Virus record (IMG/VR): IMGVR_UViG_3300036394_000004
Span: 1-42,696 of that record
DNA from: a virus
Lineage: Duplodnaviria; Caudoviricetes
Reading direction: 5' to 3' (one strand)
Length of the DNA: 42,696 bases
Under the pieces are notes generated by a model. The model did no database searches. It worked only from the letters and a program-made list of their open reading frames with translations, and had not been told where the DNA came from. This document shows, one piece after another, positions 1 to 8,637 of this stretch. Each line of letters opens with the position of its first letter. Position 1 is the first letter of the stretch. Position numbers and translations under genes: made by a program.

Positions 1-345
1 TTACTTGATCTCGTAATCGGAAAGCGACTTGCCGGCAGCCAATGCTTCCGTCACCCAACGCGGCTTGCGGCCACGGCCACCCGACCAGGTTTCGCCCGTC
101 GGGCCGCGGTATTTGGCGGCAGCCTTGACCGGAGCGGCGCCGGCACTGCGCTTGACTGCGCTGGCGCGGCCAGTCAGTTTCAGGTCAGTGGCGGTCAAAC
201 CGTATTCGGCGATCTTCTTGCGCAACTCCTCGATCACGCCCGAGCGTTCCTGGTTACGCAGGTCTTCCGCCTGCTTGCGCAATTGCGCAATCTGCTCGTC
301 ATGCTTCTTGATCTGGGAATTGATATCGGCGAGGGTCGAAGCCAT
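1..345 (-). CDS. hns: H-NS family nucleoid protein (probably host, outside att)
   Basis: 114 aa; N-terminal coiled coil, C-terminal KYRGPTGETWSGGRGRKPRW H-NS DNA-binding motif. Confidence 0.92.
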   Translation of the reverse strand: MASTLADINSQIKKHDEQIAQLRKQAEDLRNQERSGVIEELRKKIAEYGLTATDLKLTGRASAVKRSAGAAPVKAAAKYRGPTGETWSGGRGRKPRWVTEALAAGKSLSDYEIK

Positions 346-618
346 TGTTGGACTCCTGAAATTGAAAACGGGTGGATTTTAATTCAGTTTACATTTGTCA
401 CGCACGCGTCTACCGGCGGAAAAACCGTCGATCCATTGCTTTAATGCAACAACTCGCAACGTAAAGTCCACCCGCACGCGTGGCAGATATGCGAATCAGA
501 AGAGGAAAAAGGTCTTCGGCTTACTGTCGGAAGCGGAGCCGGAAATGACAACGCCAGGACAAGCCTGGCGGTGTGTTCCTTTGAAATGCTATTTGGCAAT
601 AGCGCAAAGGAGATATTT

Positions 619-667
619 TGGGGTGGCTGATGGGACTCGAACCCACGACGACCAGAATCACAATCTG
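619..667 (-). tRNA. Truncated tRNA-His(GTG), 3' half only; probable prophage att site
   Basis: Minus strand CAGATTGTGATTCTGGTCGTCGTGGGTTCGAGTCCCATCAGCCACCCCA has anticodon arm, T arm and CCA end; no D arm or 5' acceptor strand upstream. Confidence 0.88.
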
Positions 668-776
668 TGGCGTCGAGCCAACAACGGCGCGGGCTGCAGC
701 GGTGTTGATGGGAAGTATACCAACATCAAGGGGCACCGCCCCATGCGACTTGCCAGACCGTCGTTCCCGTGGAAAA

Positions 777-792
777 CTGTATGTTCATACAG
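777..792. promoter_or_regulatory. LexA (SOS) box
   Basis: CTGTATGTTCATACAG = CTGT-N8-ACAG; overlaps weak -10 of TTGCCA(750-755)-N17-AAAACT, 18 nt before ATG 811. Confidence 0.85.
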
Positions 793-810
793 TGTTTTAT
801 TGGGCTAAAA

Positions 811-1227
811 ATGTTTTGCGAGGTGGTGCTTCTACGCTCTAACGGGTGGTGGGTTTCGCGTGCCGCCGCCGAGAACGGACCTCGCTTTACGGGATGGCTC
901 GAATACAGGAAGGCAGAGAAGGAACGATGGGGGCCGAGCATGCAAGCCCGCCTTCTACGCTGGCCCGACCTGAAAGACGATCTGCTGCCCCCGCTGCAAT
1001 TTGCCAAGGTGCAGATCAAATTCGGCGGCGTTCTCGCCGAGGGCAAAACCTACTCCTTTCGCGCCACGAAAAGCAAGGCCGAAGAACGCGTGCAGACCTG
1101 GTGGTGCATGGTTCACCTCGAGCAGGCGCTCGCCGCACTCGCCCGCATGCGCGTTCCATGCTCAACCGGTTTTCATCCCGACGACGACGAAGAGCCAGGC
1201 CACCTGCCATTTTTCTACCCGCGCTGA
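811..1227 (+). CDS. Hypothetical protein, probably SOS-induced
   Basis: 138 aa from ATG 811 downstream of LexA box; LLPPL and QTWWC segments. Confidence 0.7.
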   Translation: MFCEVVLLRSNGWWVSRAAAENGPRFTGWLEYRKAEKERWGPSMQARLLRWPDLKDDLLPPLQFAKVQIKFGGVLAEGKTYSFRATKSKAEERVQTWWCMVHLEQALAALARMRVPCSTGFHPDDDEEPGHLPFFYPR

Positions 1228-1253
1228 TCGCGCTTCACACCCGCCCACGACCC

Positions 1254-1538
1254 ATGACCTACGCTGTCCACCTCATCGACTATCCGCACTCCACACCCGA
1301 CGTTCTAAAGCTGTCGGTACAGCGCTTCACGCGCGAACTCGAGAAGAAGCTCGGCGACCGCACCGAACAGGCATTCAAAGCATTTCAGAACGCGAGCGAA
1401 TCGAGCGCCGAGGACCTCACTGCAGATGAAATCGGCCTGGCCGCAGACTGGGCCAAGGCCTATGACGCCGCAAAGACGGCCGGCTTCCGCGATCTCGGCG
1501 ACACCGACGAAGCCTATTTCGAGGTCCGCCTAGATTGA
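1254..1538 (+). CDS. Hypothetical acidic helical protein
   Basis: 94 aa MTYAVHLIDYP...; protein-like 3' part of ORF 846..1538. Confidence 0.7.
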   Translation: MTYAVHLIDYPHSTPDVLKLSVQRFTRELEKKLGDRTEQAFKAFQNASESSAEDLTADEIGLAADWAKAYDAAKTAGFRDLGDTDEAYFEVRLD

Positions 1539-1622
1539 TCGCACGCAGAGTCGAATTACCATCGCCTACGCGAAGCACCTCGGCCCAAGACCCGCCGCTC
1601 GCACAGGCAACAGGAGGATGAT

Positions 1623-2225
1623 TTGCAGATCAACGATTTGATCGAGATTGGACCGCTGCTCGGCGCGGCGATTGGGGCCACCGCCACACTCCTCGGCGTC
1701 TCGGCCAACAGCTTGTTCAACCTCTGGTTGGCAAAACTCAACATCGAAGCACAGAGCCGTCAGAAAGAAAGAGAACTGACGCTGCAAAAGCTTGAAGAAC
1801 TGTTCTTCCTGTTTGCAAAATGGCATATCCAGCTCTCAACCATCTACCTCACCCATCTGCGCTGCTACAGGGGTCAGCTCCGCTATGAGGACGTGCTCGA
1901 CCTCACCAAGAGCCAAGGCGTGTTGGCGCCCGGGGAAGCACAGAAGTACATGATGCTGATCAACATTTACTTTCCCCTGCTACAGGTCGCCTATACGCCC
2001 GTGGAGGCCGCGAGAAAGAACCTGTCGCCATTCCTCTCTGACCCGAAAGTGAACAGGCGGAGTTATCAAGATTTCGAAGCTCACCAAGTCGCATTCGAGC
2101 GCGCTTGTGAGGACTTCAAGAAATCCATCAGCTCCACGGCGCAAGGACTAGCCCCGCCGCAACGAGCACAGCGCCGCTTTCCATGGATTCGGCGAGGAAA
2201 GCCACAGCAGGCCGTAGACAAGTAG
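1623..2225 (+). CDS. Membrane-anchored hypothetical accessory protein
   Basis: AGGAGG before TTG start; N-terminal hydrophobic helix then helical soluble domain. Confidence 0.75.
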   Translation: MQINDLIEIGPLLGAAIGATATLLGVSANSLFNLWLAKLNIEAQSRQKERELTLQKLEELFFLFAKWHIQLSTIYLTHLRCYRGQLRYEDVLDLTKSQGVLAPGEAQKYMMLINIYFPLLQVAYTPVEAARKNLSPFLSDPKVNRRSYQDFEAHQVAFERACEDFKKSISSTAQGLAPPQRAQRRFPWIRRGKPQQAVDK

Positions 2226-2305
2226 CATCGCGCCGCGAATGGCCCAGCCTCTCGCGTGGCAAAAATGCGACAGCACAACAGGGGCTAACAGCGAACAGCG
2301 AAACA

Positions 2306-2321
2306 CTGTGAATAAAAACAG
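2306..2321. promoter_or_regulatory. Second LexA (SOS) box
   Basis: CTGTGAATAAAAACAG = CTGT-N8-ACAG with AT-rich spacer, intergenic. Confidence 0.7.
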
Positions 2322-2338
2322 AAAAACCCGTCCCACGC

Positions 2339-2368
2339 TTGCGTCGGACGGGCGATAACCCGCATAAT
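2339..2368 (+). promoter_or_regulatory. Putative sigma70 promoter
   Basis: TTGCGT-N18-CATAAT, immediately followed by a hairpin at 2375-2394. Confidence 0.55.
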
Positions 2369-2374
2369 GCGAAA

Positions 2375-2527
2375 GTCTGCGCTCCAACGCAGGCGACCAC
2401 AGGATTTGCGAGAAGAAGAGCTAGTGAACTGTTTTGCTGTCTAGCCTTGTAGTTTACGTCGGTTCTCCGGTTTCGCAAGTGGTCTTGACTAAACCTTATG
2501 GCCTTTGTGCCGGAAAGAACCGAAGTA
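2375..2527 (+). ncRNA. Structured 5' leader / candidate cis-regulatory RNA
   Basis: Stems 2375-2381/2388-2394, 2395-2413/2471-2484, 2420-2424/2441-2445; competing stem 2455-2470/2510-2527. Confidence 0.45.
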
Positions 2528-2931
2528 TGCAAGAAGTAAGCAACCTGCCTCCAATGTCCGTCGTCAGCGCGGAAACCATCGGCGGCGCATCCAAGGAATG
2601 GGTGATGTTCCGCGCAAACCGCGCGATCAACACCCGCTTCGTGATGGTCAGCGACACGACCTACACGGGCGACGGGAAAATCTCGAACAAGCTGCGGCAT
2701 GTGTTCTGGCTCCCCGACATCGATTTGAACGCCGGCGACTTTTTCGCAATGTCCACCATGACGGGCAAGCCGTCGTTCTCAGCGCTGCCGGGAGGCGCGC
2801 GGATGTATCACCACTACCTCAACCTGGATGAGCCGATCTGGAACGATCTGGGCGACCGCGTCACCCTGTTCTTCCTGGACGAGTGGGAGACCAGCGCGGT
2901 TCATGGCCGGCGGCTGCGCCTCGCCGCGTAA
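2527..2931 (+). CDS. Small beta-rich protein, lamin-tail-domain-like
   Basis: 134 aa; EWVMF, LNAGD and IWNDLGDRVTL match the LTD-like pattern; followed by terminator. Confidence 0.65.
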   Translation: MQEVSNLPPMSVVSAETIGGASKEWVMFRANRAINTRFVMVSDTTYTGDGKISNKLRHVFWLPDIDLNAGDFFAMSTMTGKPSFSALPGGARMYHHYLNLDEPIWNDLGDRVTLFFLDEWETSAVHGRRLRLAA

Positions 2932-2950
2932 GCGACCACGCTAGTTGACG

Positions 2951-2975
2951 AGGGCGGCTTCGGCCGCCCTTTTTT
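2951..2975 (+). terminator. Rho-independent terminator
   Basis: AGGGCGGC-TTCG-GCCGCCCT followed by T run. Confidence 0.9.
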
Positions 2976-3015
2976 ATGTCAAGACAGCGGCCTGCTCAAA
3001 GAACAACGCTACAGA

Positions 3016-3285
3016 TCACATTGGCCTCGCGCACTGCTCGAGCGTCGTCCGCAACTCACCCTCGTAGCCCTCGCGCACCTCGATTTCTGCCTGGGCCGCA
3101 GCAACGAATCGGTCCGGATCAACTCCAGACTCGAGCGCCTCGGTCGGCATAACAGGCCGCACTGGAATAGCCACTCGGCATTCCAAGGGCACAGGCACCT
3201 TGACGGTATGCGTCGGCGCCACACCGCAGCCGGCCAGGAAGGCAGCGTGAAGCAGCAGAAGCCGCATAGAGGCCCCTCTGATCAT
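3016..3285 (-). CDS. o-spanin (Rz1-like lipoprotein)
   Basis: Lipobox LAGC after hydrophobic signal, Pro-rich; ATGA overlap with upstream spanin. Confidence 0.78.
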   Translation of the reverse strand: MIRGASMRLLLLHAAFLAGCGVAPTHTVKVPVPLECRVAIPVRPVMPTEALESGVDPDRFVAAAQAEIEVREGYEGELRTTLEQCARPM

Positions 3286-3644
3286 TGCGGCGCCCTCCCC
3301 TTCAACCATCCGTCGATACGCACCTGCGCGCTCGCGCAGGTGTCGCCCGGCACCGCCGCCGGCGTCGACAAGATCGTGTTCGCGCGCTGCTGATGCCCGG
3401 AGGCTGCCGCGCGCGCTAGGGCCTGCGCCCTCCGCGCCTCAATGGCTCGCTTGTCGGCCAGCTCTCGCAGCGCCTCGGTCGCGTCACTGCAGGCGGTGGC
3501 GTCGGCTCGAGCATCGTCGCGCTCGATAATGGTCGCTGTCGCCCGGTCGCGCGCGTCGAGCCACGCCCAGCCGAGCAAACCATTGCCTGCCAAGCTGAGC
3601 ACCAGCATCCACGCCCATGTCGGCACCGCGGTGAGGCCCATCAC
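3282..3644 (-). CDS. i-spanin (Rz-like)
   Basis: N-terminal TM, Ala/Arg coiled coil, directly after endolysin. Confidence 0.78.
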   Translation of the reverse strand: MMGLTAVPTWAWMLVLSLAGNGLLGWAWLDARDRATATIIERDDARADATACSDATEALRELADKRAIEARRAQALARAAASGHQQRANTILSTPAAVPGDTCASAQVRIDGWLKGRAPQ

Positions 3645-4120
3645 GAAAGCACCCCGCCGGCGCTTTCATATGCCGCCCGCAGCTTCTCGATGCGGTGCTC
3701 AGGCTGCCCGTACCCAGCGCCCGGCAGGCTCGCCCACAGGTTCCGCACCCTCGCCACTGCCTCATCGAAGCGGCCAGCATCGATAAGCGCCAACGCGCCG
3801 CGTTCGCGAATGAGTTGCAGCGCCCAGAGGTCTTGCGACCGCGGGCCGAAGTCAGGCAATTTCAACAGATCGCGATAGTGGGCCCAGTCCTTGAGCATGT
3901 GCTGATAGCGGCCTGAGGCAGTCGAATACAAGCCCTTGGCGTTGATCTGCTTCGGTCGACGGCCGCGAGCGAAAGGATGTGTGCTGTAGTCGCTGAAAAT
4001 CTCGGGCAAGCGGTCGATGCCGGTGACGATCACGTCATAGCCTCGGTTTCTTGTGGCCGGGCTCGTGCTGGTGCCTTCAGAGATAGAAAGCATGTCGAGA
4101 AAGGCAGATTGGTTACTCAT
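3641..4120 (-). CDS. Endolysin, lambda R-type lytic transglycosylase
   Basis: AFLDMLSISEGT, STASGRYQ, LPDFGPRSQD, WASLPGAGYGQ motifs. Confidence 0.93.
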   Translation of the reverse strand: MSNQSAFLDMLSISEGTSTSPATRNRGYDVIVTGIDRLPEIFSDYSTHPFARGRRPKQINAKGLYSTASGRYQHMLKDWAHYRDLLKLPDFGPRSQDLWALQLIRERGALALIDAGRFDEAVARVRNLWASLPGAGYGQPEHRIEKLRAAYESAGGVLS

Positions 4121-4605
4121 GGCTGTGGTGCTCCTGCGTTGGGACGCCCGGGCATGTACCGCTCGAGCATGGTTTCGATGAACTTGGCATTTGCGAAGCT
4201 GGCCGTGAGCACGAAGCCCAAGGTGGTCCAGACCTCGAAAGACGCTTGCCGGCTAACGATGAAGGCCAGCGTGCCGGCCAGCCAGGCGCCAGCCATGTGC
4301 GACGCGCACATCAGCCAGGGACGCAGCAGCGGCTTGTCAGGAGCGGCCGAAAGCTCGCGGTCGATGCGCATCAGTAGCGCCGTGGCGCCGGCCAGGCTGG
4401 AGATGACCAGCGCGAGCACCATGAGCACCGGCGGAATGTTCAGCGGGTCGGAGAGACCGGCCTCCCCTGCAGCGGCAAACGCGGGCAGCGCCAGCAGCGG
4501 CAACCAAATCGCGGCGATCAGCCCCCAGATGATCCGGCGCAGCTTCGGTGCCGTGAGCTGCTGGCTCGGCTGAGTGGCGATGCGGTCGTGTAGTTCTTTC
4601 ATCAT
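4117..4605 (-). CDS. Putative holin (multi-TM)
   Basis: 3-4 hydrophobic segments; ATGA-coupled to endolysin. Confidence 0.65.
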   Translation of the reverse strand: MMKELHDRIATQPSQQLTAPKLRRIIWGLIAAIWLPLLALPAFAAAGEAGLSDPLNIPPVLMVLALVISSLAGATALLMRIDRELSAAPDKPLLRPWLMCASHMAGAWLAGTLAFIVSRQASFEVWTTLGFVLTASFANAKFIETMLERYMPGRPNAGAPQP

Positions 4606-5081
4606 GTGCGTAGGCGGTGGCGCTGAAAAAGGTCGAGGAATGCAACGAGAGCGGCGAACACGGCGTCAATCCAGAACGGCATCGCCAGCGCGCGCCACCA
4701 GCCACCACCGCCGGCGATGAAGACGTAGGTAAGGCACATGAGGCCCATCGAGAGCGCGACGTAGATCAGGTGGCGTGAGCGTTTCGCGCAGCGCAGGTGG
4801 AACCTATCGGGGAGCATGTCGTTCACCACCACGTCAACGATGCCCACGGCGGCCACCACTGCAAGGAATCCGACCAGCCACCAGCCGGGCGGGCCGCTTT
4901 GCGTGATGAGCCGATGCGTGAGCGCCTCGGGCTCCCACGCGATCACGGCGATGCTTGTGAGCGAGGACAGTGCCACATATAGCCGCGTGATCCAGTAGCG
5001 CGGCAGGGTGCTGATATGGTGCCGACCGAGGGCCTGCAGATCACCCCAGTTTGAATTTGCACGGCTGAATTGCATCGTCAA
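4602..5081 (-). CDS. Multi-TM lysis-cassette protein (holin/antiholin-like)
   Basis: About 4 hydrophobic segments; coupled to neighbours. Confidence 0.6.
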   Translation of the reverse strand: MTMQFSRANSNWGDLQALGRHHISTLPRYWITRLYVALSSLTSIAVIAWEPEALTHRLITQSGPPGWWLVGFLAVVAAVGIVDVVVNDMLPDRFHLRCAKRSRHLIYVALSMGLMCLTYVFIAGGGGWWRALAMPFWIDAVFAALVAFLDLFQRHRLRT

Positions 5082-5311
5082 ATCTCCACAGAGACAAACG
5101 GCATTGACGGCGCCTGGCCTTCAATGACGCCATCGCGCACAAAGACCTGATCGCCCACCGCGCCGGTGCCGCGGGCCGTAAGCACGCCGCCGCCGGGCAG
5201 CTCCAGCCGAGCGACCTCGCCATCAATGGCGGTGATGGTTGCGAGCTGCAGCGGATAGCTCGGCAGCAGCTCGATGAAGGCGGTGAAGAGGTTGGTCGAG
5301 GCCATGCTCAT
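5078..5311 (-). CDS. Small tail-tip protein
   Basis: 77 aa MSMASTNLF...VGDQVFVRDG; ATGA overlaps both sides; real 3' part of ORF 5078..6928. Confidence 0.7.
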   Translation of the reverse strand: MSMASTNLFTAFIELLPSYPLQLATITAIDGEVARLELPGGGVLTARGTGAVGDQVFVRDGVIEGQAPSMPFVSVEI

Positions 5312-7200
5312 GCCTCCACATGCGTTTCGAGGGTGATCGACTGGCGCAGCACGGGCCGTTGCCAGTTCACCGACGTGGCCCGCACAAGGCCGAGGTGCGT
5401 CTCGGCGCCGTCCTCGTACTGCACGAACGCGCCGGGCAGGATCACGCCGGTTTCCGGGCGCACCTGCAGGCTCAGGCTCACGCTCGCCTGTGCGCCCGTG
5501 TCGGACAGCACAGCGAGGCCGCGCTGCGCCACGGCGTTGACATCGGTCGTCAGCGCATGCGTGAGCATCGGTGCCACGCTGTCGCCGGCGGTGCCGCTGC
5601 GCGTGACCTGTCCGAGCACGCCGGCGCCGTTGGTGCCCGCCACAAAAACCCGGTTGTAGTCCGGCCGCGTCAGCAACTGGATGCCCTCGACGGACATTGC
5701 AGCAGCGGGCAAGACGAAATCCGGCGCGAGCGTGTTCCAGTACCACGGCGCGGCCGGATAGCGCGGCATGACGCGCAGCGTCGCGTCCGTGGCGTGCGGC
5801 TGCACGATGGCGCCGGCCGCGCTGGCGATGTCGAGCACCGCGCCGATGTAGCTCCCCTGAAAGTCCCACGTCCCGCCGGGCACGGTCCAGTCCATGAGGC
5901 CGAAGTCCACGCCCCACCCGATGCTCACGCCGTTGTACGTCAGCGCCAGGTTGAGCAACTGCTCGACGCTGCGCGTTGCGGCTGAAGCATGGTTGAGCGT
6001 GGGCGCATACGGCGCATCGAGCATGGCGCCGCGGCCCTTGCCTTCCACCTGCACCTTCGTGGAAGGAAAGCGCCGGTCGCGGTTGCAGTTGGTCGCGCTC
6101 AGCCGGTAAGGCACGCCGTTGACGGTGGCGAGGATGTCCACCGGCGCCGCATGAATGCCGCGGCGGATGACCGGCCACGCCGACCCCGGCAGCGTGGCAT
6201 TCCAGCGCCAGGTCCACGAGTCGGCATCGAGGCTCATGGAAAAGGCCAAGGCCTCGATTTCCTCGCCGCTGTCCAAGCGCACGAGGGTGATGCTGTTCTG
6301 CACGGTGTAGGCCTCCAAGACGGGCACCACGACGGTTTCGCCGGTGCCGGGCGAGGGCTGGTGCCGCTCGCAAACAAAAATCAGCGTGGTGCTGTAGCGC
6401 TGGCGCTCGCTGAAAACGAGCGTGGTCGAGGGGACATAGCAAGGGTCCACCACGGGCGGGACGATGACCGAGAGGCCCGGCAGCGGATACATGGCCGCTT
6501 GCCACCGCGACACGCGGCCCACGTCGAGCTGCAGGGCGGCGCCGAAGCGGTCGCGGTGCTGCGCTTGGGCGCTCGCCGCTTCCTGCCACCGGGCGCGCAC
6601 CGCGTTGCGCATGCGCTCGGCCTCCTGATACCGAATGCCCACAGGCGCCGGCGCCAGGCGCTGCGCTTCCTGCCAACGCACTGCAGCGGTGGAGCGTGCG
6701 CGGGTCGCCTCTTGATGCCGCATGCCCGTGGCGCGCTCCAGCTCTTGCGCAGCCTGATAGCGAAGTGCCGCAGCGGCGCGCGCATGGCGCACGTCCTGCC
6801 AGACCGTGGAGAACCCCGTCGCACGCGGCGCCGCCGATTGCCACGAACTGACCCTGCCGACTCGAGCCGGTGCGGCCACCTGGTGCTTTGCCACGGCGCC
6901 GCCCTCGATCTGAGCGGCAACCTGCCAACCTGAAGAGACCGCGCCCACAAGCGGGCGCGACACCGCGCTCGTGTATCGGGCAGCGCCTTGCACCATGAAG
7001 GCCGGCAGCGGCAAAGCGCCTGCGGCCGTCGCATGTGGCGGCATCGTGGCGATGGCCGCGCCTGCGGCCATGAACAGCGGCAGCGCGATGCGACCCAGTG
7101 CATAGGCGGCCCCACTGCTCTGCTCTTCGGGCTCGCCGAAGACGAGGACGTTCGGCGGCCCGCCGAGCGGCAGCTTGCGGAAGATGAGGTCTTCAACCAC
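5308..7200 (-). CDS. Tail tip/hub structural protein
   Basis: 630 aa in tail module; repeated W/Y-Q-x-A units then hub-like C-terminal half. Confidence 0.7.
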   Translation of the reverse strand: MVEDLIFRKLPLGGPPNVLVFGEPEEQSSGAAYALGRIALPLFMAAGAAIATMPPHATAAGALPLPAFMVQGAARYTSAVSRPLVGAVSSGWQVAAQIEGGAVAKHQVAAPARVGRVSSWQSAAPRATGFSTVWQDVRHARAAAALRYQAAQELERATGMRHQEATRARSTAAVRWQEAQRLAPAPVGIRYQEAERMRNAVRARWQEAASAQAQHRDRFGAALQLDVGRVSRWQAAMYPLPGLSVIVPPVVDPCYVPSTTLVFSERQRYSTTLIFVCERHQPSPGTGETVVVPVLEAYTVQNSITLVRLDSGEEIEALAFSMSLDADSWTWRWNATLPGSAWPVIRRGIHAAPVDILATVNGVPYRLSATNCNRDRRFPSTKVQVEGKGRGAMLDAPYAPTLNHASAATRSVEQLLNLALTYNGVSIGWGVDFGLMDWTVPGGTWDFQGSYIGAVLDIASAAGAIVQPHATDATLRVMPRYPAAPWYWNTLAPDFVLPAAAMSVEGIQLLTRPDYNRVFVAGTNGAGVLGQVTRSGTAGDSVAPMLTHALTTDVNAVAQRGLAVLSDTGAQASVSLSLQVRPETGVILPGAFVQYEDGAETHLGLVRATSVNWQRPVLRQSITLETHVEA

Positions 7201-7597
7201 CGATGACCACCGCGCCGATGAAGAAGGTTCCGCCCTGATAGAGCTTCGCCTCGGGATCGCCTTCGGGCGGGTTCTGCACCACGAGCTTGACCTGCCCCAA
7301 ACCCGATGGGCCGCTCATGCTGAAGTCAGCCACCCATGTGCCGTCCGACAGCTCCACACGGCCCCACGTCGCAATCCCGGTCGCCACGGCCAAGTCGCCG
7401 CCCGTGTCTGCCTGCGCAAGCGTCAGCTTCCCATCCGCAACAGCACCCGCGGGAAGCGCAAGCACGGCGGCGGCGAGCAACGTGGTGGGCGCTCCACCTT
7501 CTCCCGGCTGCACACCGCCGTAGACCATGAACCGCGCGCCGCTACCCAGATAGCTCACGAGGCCGGCCAACATGGCATTAATGGCAAGCACGTTCAT
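7193..7597 (-). CDS. Virion structural protein
   Basis: 134 aa, TGIATWGRV motif, coupled within tail module. Confidence 0.65.
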   Translation of the reverse strand: MNVLAINAMLAGLVSYLGSGARFMVYGGVQPGEGGAPTTLLAAAVLALPAGAVADGKLTLAQADTGGDLAVATGIATWGRVELSDGTWVADFSMSGPSGLGQVKLVVQNPPEGDPEAKLYQGGTFFIGAVVIGG

Positions 7598-8634
7598 GCC
7601 ATCAGCTCCACCTTGCCATTGGCAAGCGTCAGGCCGTCCGCAACCACGGCGCGTTTCGCATGATCGGCATAGAACGCAAGCACTGAATAGCTCTGCAGCT
7701 CATCGACATACTGAAAGTCGTAGCTGCCATCTGCTGCGGTCCACTGCTCGCGAACAGGCATCACGTCGCGCTCGCGCAGCAACACCACACGGCACCGATA
7801 GGGCCTGTTGATTGGCGCCACATAGTCGAGCGTCGAACCTCGCACCCGGCCGATGCTCTGCCCCAGGTCTCCCAGCAGGTAATTTTTGCGGCTGGCTCGG
7901 CCGTCGCCGAACAGGCGCACCGCAACAGGCGTGCCGGTCCACGCGAGCGAGTTCACGACCTTCAGGTCATCGAGACGCGCCGCGCTCAGCGCTGCGGCGG
8001 CATAGCTGACTGTCGCCGTAATCTCTCTGGTGGTGCCAGCCGCCACCGTGTCCATGAGCGCACCCGCCAAGTTGACCGTGCCGTCCATGACGTACAGCGG
8101 GACGGGCGTGTCCCCGACGGGCGCAGAAACGATAAGCACGATGCCGGCGTTTCCATTGAGCCGCATCGCAAAATCCGCGACGTTGATCGGCGTCGCCGTG
8201 CTCTGGTACTGCTGCACCCGGCCACCGATGATTGTGGTTGTGCCCGCGCGCTGCAGCTTCAGGCCGACGCTCTTCAAATCGGCCTGCGGGTGGAACGTGA
8301 ACAGCACGTCAGGCCTGTCCGTCAGCAGGTTCATGCGGCTCACGTTCGGGATGGTCGTGATAGTGACTGCACCGGTATTGATCGGCGCCTTCTTGTAGAA
8401 CCCGACGCCGCCCTCTGAAGAGACCATCCCGACAATGACCGGAGAGTTGACCACCGGCGACGCAGCGAGATTGACGGGCCACGAGCCATCGTCAGCATCC
8501 ATCGCATAGAGGGTGGCCGTAGGCGAGACGCCCAGTTCCGCGGCCCAGTTGGCATAGGCCACGGCAGGCGCGGTAGCTCCCGCGGCGGCCGAGTAGTCAA
8601 CCGAAACCAGATTGCCAAGATCGACTGTTGTCAT
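7594..8634 (-). CDS. Putative receptor-binding/tail fibre protein
   Basis: 346 aa beta-rich; C-terminal TAADGSYDF prealbumin-like segment. Confidence 0.55.
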   Translation of the reverse strand: MTTVDLGNLVSVDYSAAAGATAPAVAYANWAAELGVSPTATLYAMDADDGSWPVNLAASPVVNSPVIVGMVSSEGGVGFYKKAPINTGAVTITTIPNVSRMNLLTDRPDVLFTFHPQADLKSVGLKLQRAGTTTIIGGRVQQYQSTATPINVADFAMRLNGNAGIVLIVSAPVGDTPVPLYVMDGTVNLAGALMDTVAAGTTREITATVSYAAAALSAARLDDLKVVNSLAWTGTPVAVRLFGDGRASRKNYLLGDLGQSIGRVRGSTLDYVAPINRPYRCRVVLLRERDVMPVREQWTAADGSYDFQYVDELQSYSVLAFYADHAKRAVVADGLTLANGKVELMA

Positions 8635-8637
8635 GTC

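Noticed and set aside
590-700. Intact tRNA-His gene
   Set aside because: No D arm or 5' acceptor strand upstream of the anticodon arm; only the 3' fragment is present
395-808. ORFs crossing the att/tRNA fragment
   Set aside because: Overlap the tRNA remnant and promoter DNA; no SD or protein-like features
2128-2700. Minus-strand ORFs (190 aa, 79 aa) as type I toxin candidates
   Set aside because: Antisense to better-supported genes, no SD, no clean short TM peptide; a small antisense RNA is not excluded
5312-6928. Upstream part of the 616-aa ORF, or a frameshift fusion
   Set aside because: Arg/Gly/Ala-rich off-frame shadow of the 630-aa tail gene; no slippery site noticed
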